Assembly: GCA_964016885.1 (NCBI GenBank)
Contig: OZ024743.1
Span: 62,992,001-63,056,000 of the forward strand
Origin: Eledone cirrhosa
Lineage: Eukaryota
Length of the DNA: 64,000 nucleotides
Reading direction: 5' to 3'
The notes below the pieces were generated by a model. It made no database searches. It worked only from the letters and a program-made list of their open reading frames with translations, and was not told the DNA's origin. The position numbers and the translations under genes are program-made. Positions 1-11,085 of this stretch are shown in pieces. The number at the start of each line of letters is the position of its first letter. The first letter of the stretch is position 1.

Positions 1-808
1 AACATGGTGTTGGTAACACACAGATCCAGCTCCTCACACATCTGCAGCAAGAGCATACCATTGCTGTTACACTTTCCCACCCCATGCCTTCCGATTACAT
101 TCCATGTGTTAAAATCCCTACCCACTCTAGCATTAAAGTCACCAAGCACGATGACCTTGTCTGCCTGAGGGATATTTCTTAAAACACCTTTCAAGGCATG
201 GTAAAAGGACAGTTTTTCTTCATCGACAGAATTCATAGTTGGAGCATACACACTCACCAGGGTAGCATATCTTCCCTTGTCCAGCGGAACTCTCATGGAC
301 ATAAGACGCTCACTAATCCCCACTGGGAATTCTTCCAATTTATTCACCAGTACAGTCTTAACAGCAAATCCTACCCCAGCCTCTCTTCTGGTTCCTTCAT
401 CTCTTCCTTTCCAGAAGAATGTATATTCTCCACAAAATTCCGTAAGATGACCATCTCCAGCTAACCTCGTCTCAGACAAAGCCACGATGTCAAGATCGTA
501 ACGTCGAAGCTCCTTCGCAACAAGAGCGGTCCTTCGTTCAGGACGCTCCAAAGAATCCCTGTCAAGCAGCGTCCGTACGTTCCAGCAGCCAAGACTAAAT
601 GCCCTGTTTGGCTCTATTACAATGGCACGATGACGGGCGGACCCAGGTTGTGATAACTTGGGGCCCCTGCCCTTATTGCCAATGATCTTTTTTGTTCCAG
701 AACCCAAATTGGCAATTATCTCGTTTACATTGTTCTGGAACATCATTGAATTGGAAAAAAAAAAAAAAAAAAAAAAAAAAGGAGAAAAAAAAAAAAAAAG
801 TAATAATA

Positions 809-843
<35 letters not shown>

Positions 844-1146
844 ACACTATTAATAATTATTAATGCACTCGTGCAATGCCTGTGCGTGACGAATATTTTT
901 AGAGTGAGGAAAGACTGTGCACTGAACCAATCCCACTCTCTGAGCGACAGTAGCTATAACCCGAAAAGAAGAAAAGATCAACATCATCGGTAACTACTGA
1001 GCCGCAGGTTTTATATCGGAGTTAACCCAGTTTCCTGAGATGCCTTCTCCTAGAAGAATACCCTGACATGGGCTAGGGGTTCTTCACTCCCAGTGGTTTA
1101 ACTGCGCGATCGGGCATCCAGCCCGATTATTTCTATGTCCCCGCGC
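1..1146 (-). mobile_element. 5' end of an RTE LINE: structured 5' UTR (841-1146), simple repeats, then the APE ORF
   Basis: The UTR lies directly upstream of the APE ORF. It contains the CTAGGAGAAGG..AACTC motif and is duplicated at 2418-2666. Confidence 0.8.
3..746 (-). CDS. RTE-clade (BovB-like) LINE ORF, N-terminal APE endonuclease domain; open reading frame runs off the left edge
   Basis: Manual translation from ATG at 746 stays in one frame to the edge: FSLGCWNVRTLLD..ERRTALVAKELRRYDLDIVALSETRL..YTFFWKG..GVGFAV..ISERLMSMRVPL..SVYAPT..GRHGVGKCNSNGMLLLQMCEELDLCVTNTM. It is missing from the ORF track because no stop falls in the window. Confidence 0.9.
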   Translation of the reverse strand, partial: MMFQNNVNEIIANLGSGTKKIIGNKGRGPKLSQPGSARHRAIVIEPNRAFSLGCWNVRTLLDRDSLERPERRTALVAKELRRYDLDIVALSETRLAGDGHLTEFCGEYTFFWKGRDEGTRREAGVGFAVKTVLVNKLEEFPVGISERLMSMRVPLDKGRYATLVSVYAPTMNSVDEEKLSFYHALKGVLRNIPQADKVIVLGDFNARVGRDFNTWNVIGRHGVGKCNSNGMLLLQMCEELDLCVTNTM

Positions 1147-1638
1147 AAAAAAAAAAAAAAAAAAAAAAAATTACTTATTGACACTTATACGTACGACATA
1201 CACACACACGCATACATATGCGTGCACACAGCAACACTCACACACACACACACGCTACTCTACTCACTTACACGCACACACACACATATATATATATATA
1301 TTACCGTCATTACTGATACAAGATTACCAGATTATGTCAACTGTTGACTTTCAAGAGTTTGTATAGTTGAAGCCGATCGTATTACAGTCCAGTATTACTA
1401 TAATTGCTTTACAGCATAGAGTTATGGCTCTCCACGGAGTCAACAAAAGAGAGTACCAGTGATGCGCTGGCCAGTCGCTGGATCCGTGCCAAAAGCAGAA
1501 AAATTATTATTAAAGTTGTTCTTAAGGCCAGGTCGCTGGTGATGGTGATGGCGACGGCGGTGGCGGTGGTGGTGGTGGTGGCAGTTGATGTTGTTGTTCT
1601 GTTGTGTGTGTGTGTGTGTGTGTGTGTTTTGTTATTTT

Positions 1639-1670
<32 letters not shown>

Positions 1671-2377
1671 CCCTTTCTTTTTTTTCTCCTTTTTTTTTTT
1701 TTTTTTCCCCTTCCCTTTTCTTTTTTCTTTTCCCTTCCTTTTTTTATGTTTTGATGCCGCTGTTGTTGTTGTAATTGTTGTAAATGTTCATTTCAGTTCA
1801 TTCTGAAGCTGTTGTTGCTGTAAACATTAGGGCCGGTGTTGTTGTTGTTGTAGATGTTGGGGTTGAAATCTGGTTGTTTGACTGAGTGATGTATATACAC
1901 ACATATACATACACACACATATATATATATACATTCATCAGAGAGTAGAGAGTTTGACAACAGGTCGATGACTTTAGTCTCGATAGGGTATGGTATGGTA
2001 ATGACATGTGATGGTGGGGAGAGAGTGTAGACGTTATTGTGGTGGTGTGGACAGTGAGATGTATCTAGTTCATTTGACCGTTTTCTTCTCTTAGCAAAAT
2101 TTGAATTCTAGCCATGTTATATTGAGATGTAAGTAAATGTAAAATATAAATAAGGATTGCTCTGCTAAAATATACTAAAATATTTGTGTAACTTCCACAA
2201 ACTTCTGTCGTGACATTCCCGAGTCCAGTAACCAACAAATTGTTGTATTTTGATGTTTCAGAATACAAAAATTAATTAAAAACTTACCCCACGAAGAGAC
2301 AGCGTGTGTTGTCCTATCTATAAGCTCCCTCATATATATATATATACATATACATACATATATATATACATACATAT

Positions 2378-2666
2378 ACATGATGATGGTTGCCCCCTCA
2401 TTATCGAGTATGGCCATTACACTATTAATAATTATTAATGCACTCGTGCAATGCCTGTGCGTGACGAATATTTTTAAAGTGAGGAAAGACTGTGCACTGA
2501 GCCAATCCCACTCTCTGAGCGACAGTAGCTATAACCCGAAAAGAAGAAAAGATCAACATCATCGGTAACTACTGAGCCGCAGGTTTTATATCGGAGTTAA
2601 CCCAGTTTCCTGAGTTGCCTTCTCCTAGAAAAATGCCCTGACAAGGGCTAGGGGTTCTTCACTCCC
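2378..2666 (-). mobile_element. Non-autonomous RTE derivative (5' UTR copy plus a short 3' hairpin tail)
   Basis: 2418-2666 is near-identical to 841-1091. It then continues into tggccatactcgataatgagggggcaaccatcatcat instead of the ORF. Both sides are (TA)n. Confidence 0.75.
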
Positions 2667-3007
2667 ATATATATATATATACATATATATATACATACAT
2701 ATACATATATATATATACATACATATACATATATATATATACATACATATATATATATACATACATATACATATATACATACATATACATATATATATAT
2801 ACATACATATACATATATATATATACATACATATACATATATATATATACATACATCATCATCATCATCATCATCATCGTTTAACATCCATGTTCCACGC
2901 TTGCATGGGTTTGGTACATATACATATATATATACGTACATATATACACATATATATATATATATATACATACATATATACATACATACATACATACATA
3001 CATATAT

Positions 3008-3286
3008 TCTCAGACCAGGTGATGTGTTGTTTCCTTGAGCAAGACACTTTATTTCACATTGCTCCAGTTTACTCAGCTGTAGAAATGAGATGATAGGGAC
3101 TGGGGTCCATATCATTCCACTGCAAAGTGGTCGTGGAGGTGCCACGGTAAAAAAAGCACCCAGCACTCACTGTAAATGAGGTTGGTGTTAGGAAGGGCAT
3201 CCAGCTGTAGAAATCAAGCCAGAATCAGTTCCCGTTCCACCCTTGCAAGCAGGGAAAAAGCGGACGTAAAATGATGATGATGATGA
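3008..3286 (+). mobile_element. 5'-truncated tRNA-derived SINE (Meta-type core, RTE-like tail)
   Basis: ccttgagcaagacactttatttcac core and aggaagggcatccagctgtagaaa..(atg)n tail; near-identical to 3383-3716. Confidence 0.85.
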
Positions 3287-3382
3287 TATACATACATATA
3301 TACATATATATATATACATACATATATACATATATATATACATACATATATACATACATACATACATATATATATACAATAT

Positions 3383-3714
3383 GGAGGCACATGGCTAAGT
3401 GGTTAGAGCATTGGCCTTGCAATCGAAAGGTTGTGAGTTCAATTCTCAGACCGGGTGATGTGTTGTTTCTTGAGTAAGACACTTTATTTCACATTGCTCC
3501 AGTTTACTCAGCTGTAGAAATGAGATGATAGGGAGTGGGGTCCATATCATTCCACTGCAAAGTGGTCGTGGAGGTGCCACGGCAAAAAAGCACCCAGCAC
3601 TCACTGTAATTGAGGTTGGTCTTAGGAAGGGCATCCAGCTGTAGAAATCAAGCCAGAATCAGTTCCCGTTCCACCCTTGCAAGTAGGGAAAAGCGGACGT
3701 AAAATGAAATGATG

Positions 3715-3716
<2 letters not shown>
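3383..3716 (+). mobile_element. Full-length tRNA-headed SINE (Meta-type core, RTE-like tail)
   Basis: A box (tggctaagtgg) and B box (gagttcaattct), then core cttgagtaagacacttt, then a tail shared with the RTE 3' UTR. Confidence 0.85.
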
Positions 3717-3759
<43 letters not shown>

Positions 3760-3769
3760 CATACATATA

Positions 3770-4178
3770 CAGCGAGTGTTCGATATACGGTATATATGTG
3801 TTCCTGAAACCCTTACCATATATTGAATTACCGTATAAAGAACCCATTATAACACGAAATAGATAGGGATGCGTTCCAGCACATCGAAAAAGTCATCCCT
3901 ACAGAAAAGAATTAATGTTTTTTTTTTATTTAGTGTACGGTCAGTTAGTACGATAGCAGTAGTAACACAATTTTCATAGAATTCGAATAGCAGTCAGTTT
4001 CCACGAATTCAAGGGAGGATTTATTGCTTACTACAGGTGGTGCTATGGTACAATATAAACAAAACATGACCAAAAAGTGTATCTGAATTTTTTTTACCGT
4101 AAATAGAATTGATGGTAGTAATTACCAAAAACCGTATCTGTGAATTCACCGGAACTACCGTATATCGAGGACCCACTG
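3770..4178. mobile_element. Tc1/mariner-superfamily (pogo/Tigger-like) MITE
   Basis: Imperfect 22-bp TIRs CAGCGAGTGTTCGATATACGGT / ACCGTATATCGAGGACCCACTG with TA on both sides; no ORF. Confidence 0.75.
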
Positions 4179-4191
4179 TATATATATATAT

Positions 4192-4259
<68 letters not shown>

Positions 4260-4432
4260 CCAAAGATTAGAATGGTTCGTTGATTACTCAATGAATACAA
4301 TTTTACAATAGGTTAGAAGCACTCAACAGTTTAGTTTTCCTGGAGTTTTTAATATTATTCAAAATATTCTCATAATCAAAATATATACTTTATTATAAAC
4401 AAAGAGGCCTTCAATACATCAAAAGTCTTTAT

Positions 4433-4478
4433 TAGCCAACAATGTTTCGTCCCATTAATAAGGACTCATCGGCTCTGT
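4433..4478 (-). ncRNA. Degenerate type I hammerhead ribozyme motif
   Basis: Minus strand reads CCGATGA-gtcc-ttattaatg-ggac-GAAA-cattg-TT-ggct. Stem II GUCC/GGAC is canonical; the core and stem I register are imperfect. Confidence 0.55.
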
Positions 4479-4566
4479 TATATTACATTGAGCTATATAT
4501 TATACTGTCATTTCTATAATACGACGAGTGTGTTTAACTCCAACGCACTCTAGTATTTTAATTCTT

Positions 4567-4635
4567 ACTTTATTATATATATATTTCAAAGGTACTGTGT
4601 TGTTTTTCCAGTATGTCTTCATCAGACAAAATATA
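4567..4635 (-). ncRNA. Type I hammerhead ribozyme motif (inverted partner of 4707-4775)
   Basis: tattttgt-CTGATGA-agacatactg..cagtaccttt-GAAA-(ta)n-ataaagta on the minus strand. Confidence 0.6.
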
Positions 4636-4706
4636 TGATTTGGTATATGACATACCGCTACGGTCTTGATTATTCAATTCCAGTATTGGCAGTATCTGCC
4701 AAATCA

Positions 4707-4775
4707 TATATTTTGTCTGATGAGGACGTACTGAAAAAACAACACAGTACCTTTGAAATATATATAATAAAGTAA
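4707..4775 (+). ncRNA. Minimal type I hammerhead ribozyme motif with palindromic stem III (Penelope-type)
   Basis: Stem I tattttgt/ataaagta (8 bp, 2 GU), core CTGATGA at 4717, stem II gtactg/cagtac, GAAA at 4755, palindromic tatata stem III, AUA cleavage triplet. Confidence 0.7.
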
Positions 4776-4842
4776 ATATTTTGATTATGAGAATATTTTT
4801 CATTTGTTAATATTTTGAATAATATATATATACATATATATA

Positions 4843-5237
4843 TGGTGGCTGCCAACTAGTTTTCAAGTACGGCCACTACTTTATATCCATGTAGGAGAAC
4901 CCCTACCGATGCGCTGAACAAGTGTGACTTTTTAGTCCAGCCAGCGACTTGAAAACACTACACTTGTGACAATTATTGACACATAGTGCTGGGCCCATGG
5001 TACCATGTGACGACAAGTGCAGAGAGATCTCCAGATATAAAGCATGTGCCGTGAAGCTTTTATAGTGATCAAAAGCACTGCACAAAGCCAGTCCCACTCT
5101 CTTAACCAAGATGATATTTACCAAAAAGAAGAACAAGTCAACATCATTGGATACCATCACGGTTGCAGGTGTTATATCAGAGTTTTCCTTCTCCTAGAAT
5201 TCTGCCTTGACAAAGGCTAAGGGGTCATCTCTCCCGG
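4843..5237 (-). mobile_element. Non-autonomous RTE-related element (about 395 bp), family 2
   Basis: Homologous to 26036-26374 (+) and 5299-5465. Carries the CTAGGAGAAGGAAAACTCTGA 5' motif; (TA)n on both sides. Confidence 0.75.
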
Positions 5238-5298
5238 ATATATATACATACATACATATATATACATATACACATACATACATATATATATATATATA

Positions 5299-5465
5299 TG
5301 GTGGCTGCCAACTCGTTTTCGTGTACGGCCACTACTTTATATCCATGTAGGAGAACCCCTACCGATGCGCTGAATGAATGTGACTTTTTAGTCCAGCCAG
5401 CGACTTGAAAACTCTGGTACAAACACTACACTTGTGACAATTACTGACACACAGTGCTGGGCCCA
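5299..5465 (-). mobile_element. 5'-truncated tandem copy of the family 2 element
   Basis: Direct repeat of about 4843-4997 with an 11-bp insertion. Confidence 0.75.
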
Positions 5466-5549
5466 TATATATATATACACACACACATATTCTTTTACTC
5501 TTTTACCTGTTCCAGCCATCCGGCTGAGGCCATGCTGGGGCACCACACT

Positions 5550-7470
5550 TGTTGCTACACATTTTATCTCCAGCCTGTATTAGTTGGCCACTGGTGCAAG
5601 AGGGAGTTCGTTGCTGCTGCCCTTAGGTTTCCCTTGTGCCTTGCTGTGGGCTCATCCGGGATCCTGGATAGCAAGGTGTCGAGATGTTTCTTGAAAACAT
5701 CCATGTCCACACCATGCAGATATCTCAGATCCCTCGGCAGCTTGTTGAAGAGTTGAGCAATATCTGCTCCTTATTCTAGATGTGGAAGATGGGACCTTTG
5801 GCACCACACAGTGACATCCTGTTCGACGGTTGATCCAGCTCCCAATGCCAAAGTTTGGTGCTAGTCCCTCCAGGATTTTCCACATATAGATCACTGCGTA
5901 TCTCTCCCGTCTTCGTTCCAAGGAGTAGAGGTTTAGTTCTTTTAGCCTCTCCCAGTAGCTTATCTCCTTCATTGTCGCAATCCTCTTGGTGTAGCTTCGC
6001 TGGATTGCCTCAAGCTCCGTGGTTAGTTTGACACTATGGGGTGACCACAGCTAGGAGCAATAGTCCAGGCGGCTTAGGACAAGTGTCAACATGGTCTCTC
6101 GGTCTCTTGCCCGGAACGTCCTCAAGATCCAGCCAGCGAGTCGTCTGCACATTGTTGCCACTTTCATGATGCGTGAGGAAAAAGATGCATCGTCGCTCAT
6201 GTCTATACCCAAGTCTTGTATCGATTTCAACGCGGGAATTTTGGTCCCTCCTAGTCCAGTGTAACTGTTGTACTGTATTTGTGTTTGCAGGTTTGTATTG
6301 TCGGGCTTGAAATTTGCCAGCATTAAACTGCATGTTGTTGTCTTCCGCCCATTTGTATATGGCATCCAGATCTTGTAAAAGGGCAGCGTCAGCCGGGTTT
6401 TTGATTGCTTGTATTAACCTTGGTGTCATCAGCATAGCTAGTGAGGGATGTTGTATGTACTACAGAGGGCATGTCTGAGAGAGCCATCAAAAACAGTAGT
6501 GGTCCCAGGACTGTGCCTTGGGGCACCCCACTTGTTATTGATGTTTCCTTTGAGAGGGCCTCGTTTGCTGCAACTGTCTGGCTTCTATCCTTTAAGAAGT
6601 CATGCAGCCACTCACCTACTTTTCCAGTTATGCTGAGTCCGTGTAGTTTGTGGCATATTCCGTGGTGGACCTTGTCAAAAGCATTCGCAAAGTCAAGATA
6701 TATCACGTCCACATGTGCGCTGTCTAGGAGTTGTTTCAGTACCCAGTCGTAGTGATGTAGCAGCTGTGTAAGGTAGCTTCTTCCTGGGCGGAAGCCATGC
6801 TGCGGGCTAGTCAGGCGGTCATTTTCCTCGAGGAAAGTGATCAGTTTCTTTCTGACGATTCGCTCCATGACCTTACTGATATGTGACGTCAGGGAGACTG
6901 GCCTATAGTTTTTGGCCTCCGCTCTGCTACCTCCTGTATGGATAGGGCATATTGTGCATTCTTTCAGCTCCCTGGGTCGTACACCGCTAGCCAAGGAGCT
7001 TCTGAAGAGCATCTTCAGTGGAGTTGCTCAGGCCCGCTTAAATGTTTTTAAGAGGACTGCTGGGAATCCATCAGGTCCAGCAGCTGAGTCTGTTCTAATT
7101 TCATCTATGGCGTATACCACATCCTCCTCTGTTATGTCTATGTGGTTGATGGTCGCCATTTCTTCATGGAGTGTTGTGGCATCAAAGAAATCCTCTTGCG
7201 TTGTTATTTGCATGTGTCTCAATGGACATGTGAACACACTTTTGTACTGTTCTTTCAGTATTTCACTGATCTGTTGGGGGTTTTCGGTTAATGAACTGTC
7301 TTTATGGAAGAGTGGCCCAATCTTGCAGTGTACCGAGGCAGTCTCTTTTGCAAATTTAAAGAAGGCTTTAGGGTTTGTTTTAATATTTTCTATGGTCCTG
7401 CTTTCTTTCTTTGCCCTCTTTTTTTTCATGGGAAAGTTTGAGTGCAATCTCCATGTCAAGTAGTGCACGT
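5550..7470 (-). mobile_element. CR1-group LINE fragment, frameshifted reverse transcriptase (pseudogene)
   Basis: ORF pieces contain AAGPDGFP, KNYRPVSLTSHISKVMERIV, QHGFRPGRS, YLDFANAFDKV, GVPQGTVLGPLLF, YADD, SRLDYCS and SLERRRERY. Confidence 0.9.
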
Positions 7471-7485
7471 TTCAAATATACATAC

Positions 7486-7516
<31 letters not shown>

Positions 7517-7529
7517 TATATATATATAA

Positions 7530-7900
7530 TGATCACCGTTTTACGTCTGTTCTTCCACACTAGCATGGGTTAGACGGGTTGTCCTGTTGTGGGCAGTGTC
7601 CGGTTGGCTGACCTTGTCTTGCTCATTCAGGAATTGATTTCTACAGCTGGATGCCCTTCCTAACACCAACCTCATTTACAGCGAGTGCTGGGTGCTTTTT
7701 TGCCGTGGCACCTCCACGACCACTTTGCAGTGGAATGATATGGACCCCAGTCCCTAACATCTCATTTCTACAGCTGAGTAAACTGGAGCAATTTGAAATA
7801 AAGTGTCTTGCTCAAGGAATCAATACATCACCCGGTCTGAGAATTGAACTCGCAACCTTTCGATTGCAAGGCCAATGCTCTAACCACTAAGTCATGCGCC
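7530..7900 (-). mobile_element. tRNA-headed Meta-type SINE
   Basis: Reverse complement of the 3383 element, with a different distal tail. Confidence 0.8.
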
Positions 7901-8196
7901 TACACACATATATACATATATATATATACACACACATATATACATATATATACACACACACACATCATCATTTCATTTTACGTTTGCTTTTTCCCTGCTT
8001 GCAAGGGTGGGACATATATACATATACACACATATATACATATATATATACACTCACATATATACATATATATATATATATACACACACACATATATACA
8101 TATATATACACACACACATATATACATATATATATACACACATATATACATATATATATACACACATATATACATATATATATACACACATATATA

Positions 8197-9318
8197 CATC
8201 ATCATCATCATCGTTTAACGTCCATATTCCATGTTTGCATGGGTTTGGACGGGAGTTTTCCCACTTGAGGCAAGAGTGGTTGTCTTGCTCGCATAGGACT
8301 GTCTGGCGGGTTTTCTACAGCTGGATGCCCTTCCTAACACCAACCACATTTACAGTGTGGAACTGGGAGGTTTTTACCGTGTTACCTACACGGCCACATT
8401 ACAGCGTGGACTGTGTGTTTTTTTTGTTGTGACACCTACACACCTCATTTGTTTCGGCCTGGATGTTGTGGTACCAACATAACTTTACATTGAATGGGGT
8501 GGTGTGGATGGGGTGGGGGTAGTGGGACAGGGGTGTATTTTGTTAGAGGTGTCTACTGACTGTAGTAGGTTTTACTTTGTATTTAGGTAAGGCGGGTCTT
8601 CTCTATTACTGTGTAGCGCCAAAGATCTCGGTCCAGTGACATTGTCTTGGAGAGGTGTAAGTGTGTGAGGTCAGAATTTATCAAGTCGTCCCAGGTTTTT
8701 CTGGGTCTGCCTACTACGTGGCTACCATCTATTTTTATTGCCCTGCACTTTTTTATACAGCTGTCGTCTTTCATACGCATCACGTGACCATACCAACGTA
8801 GCCTTCTCTCGAGTAAACAACATCTGATCCCTCTTATTTCTAATTTTTCCCTTAGTTCGTTTATGCTTTGCCGTTCACGTATATTACTATTACACATCCA
8901 GCGGAGCATGCAAGCTTCGTTCCTCTCTAGTCTGCGTATATCCTCTGCACACAATGCCCAGGTCTCACTGCCATGCAACATTGCTGTTCGTATGCAGGCA
9001 TCATACAGCCTGCATTTCATTTTTAGAGAGAACCCTTTAGCGGCTGTACTTTCAGAGCACCCTCCCCCACTGCTGATTTTGTCACCCAGGTAACGGAAGC
9101 TGTCCACTATTTCTATAGAACCATCTGTGCAACTGAGAGAGCTAGTATTCTGTGGGCACTTGCTGCTACTTATTGCACCAGAGCACCGGCCACATATAAA
9201 ATCTATGTTCTTAGTTAGCTTACCTGTGATCCCACTCCATCTTTTATGCACCCATACTTTGCATTTGGGACATAAAATGGAGTTTCTGCCTACGCCTTTC
9301 CTACACACTGAGCATGGT
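8197..9318 (-). mobile_element. 5'-truncated RTE LINE (same family as 12994-17718)
   Basis: ORF 8583-9308 matches the C-terminus of ORF 15549-17210 with an in-frame deletion (ESTAAKGF). The 3' UTR and (ATG)n tail are present. Confidence 0.93.
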
Positions 9319-10029
9319 CATTTATTTATATATATATAGTAATAATAATAAATTTGAAGACTAAAATCCAAAATGACGTATTATATTTGTTTTTTCCCAT
9401 TCTTTGCCAGGGAACGTTTCCACGAACAAGTATCGTCTTCCTGTCTTCCTCCAGTTTCAACGTTTTTTTCTCAACAAAATAATTTGGAGATAATTAGTAT
9501 ATCTACCAACATATATATACAGATGCATACCTATGCTAGGAAATATATAGGTTTTGTCTTAGTAACTTTGTGGTTCAATGCAAGGGAATGCAGAACAATT
9601 ATATGAAAGACGTAAAATAAGAAAATTATAAAAATTAACTTACTTACTAAAATTTCACTCCAACTATTATAACGCAGCATTACGTAGGGCTGGACATAAA
9701 GATAAACTGCAGTATATAGCGGATAAAGACAACGTAAACAATCCTAATAGCAACTATACCAACCGCTCACACAAAATAGAAGTAACTGGACTAGACATAG
9801 GGTTAGGCACGTAGCACCTAGAGTGAACGGTCAAAACACTAATAACGTAAACCCAAGAAACAATAGAAGAATCTGAGAAAGAAAATACCTATGGTTCAAC
9901 CCAATCTTCAACTCCTCTGTAAAAACCAAACTGCCTTCTACATTCTTTAAACTAATAGATAAACACTTCCCTATTTCACATAGATATCATAAAATACTCA
10001 ATAGAAATACTATAAAACTCTCATACTCT

Positions 10030-10692
10030 ATGGCAGCAAATATAGAATCGCACATACGCAAGATCAACCACAGAAATATCTCTAGGGAATCAGCCCCACC
10101 TATGCGCAACATAGCACCAAATTATAAGCATAAACACATCACAGTATCACAACCGCAAGCACATACAAACGCGCAGCAGCAAAACCCCAACGGGCATGAA
10201 TCACAACCCAGTTATAGCAGAGTACTAAACAGCAGTGTAGAAGCTGCACGAAATAACACCTCAAACTGTAACTGTCACCTACCGGATAGGTGTCCATTGG
10301 CGAATAGATGTCTCGATTCGAGCCTAGTGTACATGTGTACGGTCAACTCAGACAACTCCACCTGGCATTACATTGGATCCACCGCGTGTTCTTTTAAAAA
10401 AAGATGGTATGTGCACAGGCACTCGATGAAAAATCGTGCACTTATGGGTTCTACAACCCTCGCCAAAAAAATATGGGAACTGAAGGACAACAACACTAGC
10501 TACAGTATCAACTGGTCGAGGTTGTCGGCTGCTAAAACCTACAGTACAGGTATGTCCCACTGTGGGCTATGTGATCTAGAACTACTGTATATCCTTAAAA
10601 ATGTAAAAAGGCTACTTAACAACAAGTTAGAAAGATCTATCTTCTGCAGACATAGAATTGCCACTAAATTCATAAGATTTAAACCTCCATGA
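10030..10692 (+). CDS. Penelope-like GIY-YIG endonuclease domain (remnant of the element ORF; resembles the Naiad type)
   Basis: CNC-x5-CPL-x3-C, LVY..YIG, FKKRWYVH, TTLAKKIWELK, CGLCDLE, LLN..CRH. Confidence 0.85.
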   Translation: MAANIESHIRKINHRNISRESAPPMRNIAPNYKHKHITVSQPQAHTNAQQQNPNGHESQPSYSRVLNSSVEAARNNTSNCNCHLPDRCPLANRCLDSSLVYMCTVNSDNSTWHYIGSTACSFKKRWYVHRHSMKNRALMGSTTLAKKIWELKDNNTSYSINWSRLSAAKTYSTGMSHCGLCDLELLYILKNVKRLLNNKLERSIFCRHRIATKFIRFKPP

Positions 10693-11016
10693 ATCGAACC
10701 GACGTAACATAGCTTCCAACCAGGATACCCACTACTCTGCACGAATCACAACAGAAATATATTCATTAAGTACATTCTAGCCTTCTTAGTTCTATACCAC
10801 ACAAATGTCTGTAAGTACCTCATCAACCCATAAACTTATCTCTTCTCAGCTGCTGTCATCGCTTGATCCTAAATCCAAGAACATTTCAAAATACTACTAC
10901 AATGGAACTTTACCTTCCTCTTGCTATAATTATAGTCAGCATGTTTTCTCTTTGTATGTATGTATGTATTTGTATGAGTGTGTGTGGATATGTATGTATA
11001 TGTTTGTGTATATATA

Positions 11017-11085
<69 letters not shown>

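Noticed and set aside
3383-3455. tRNA-like sequence with A and B boxes (also at 26700-26769 and 30612-30680)
   Set aside because: No complete cloverleaf, and it is fused to SINE core and tail: a SINE head, not a tRNA gene.
9874-9876. In-frame TGA upstream of the GIY-YIG ORF read as selenocysteine (reported for some Naiad elements)
   Set aside because: It falls in an Arg/Lys-rich stretch (RRI*ERKYLWFNP) and is best explained as CGA>TGA decay. It is not at a Cys position, the copy is also frameshifted, and I could not identify a SECIS.
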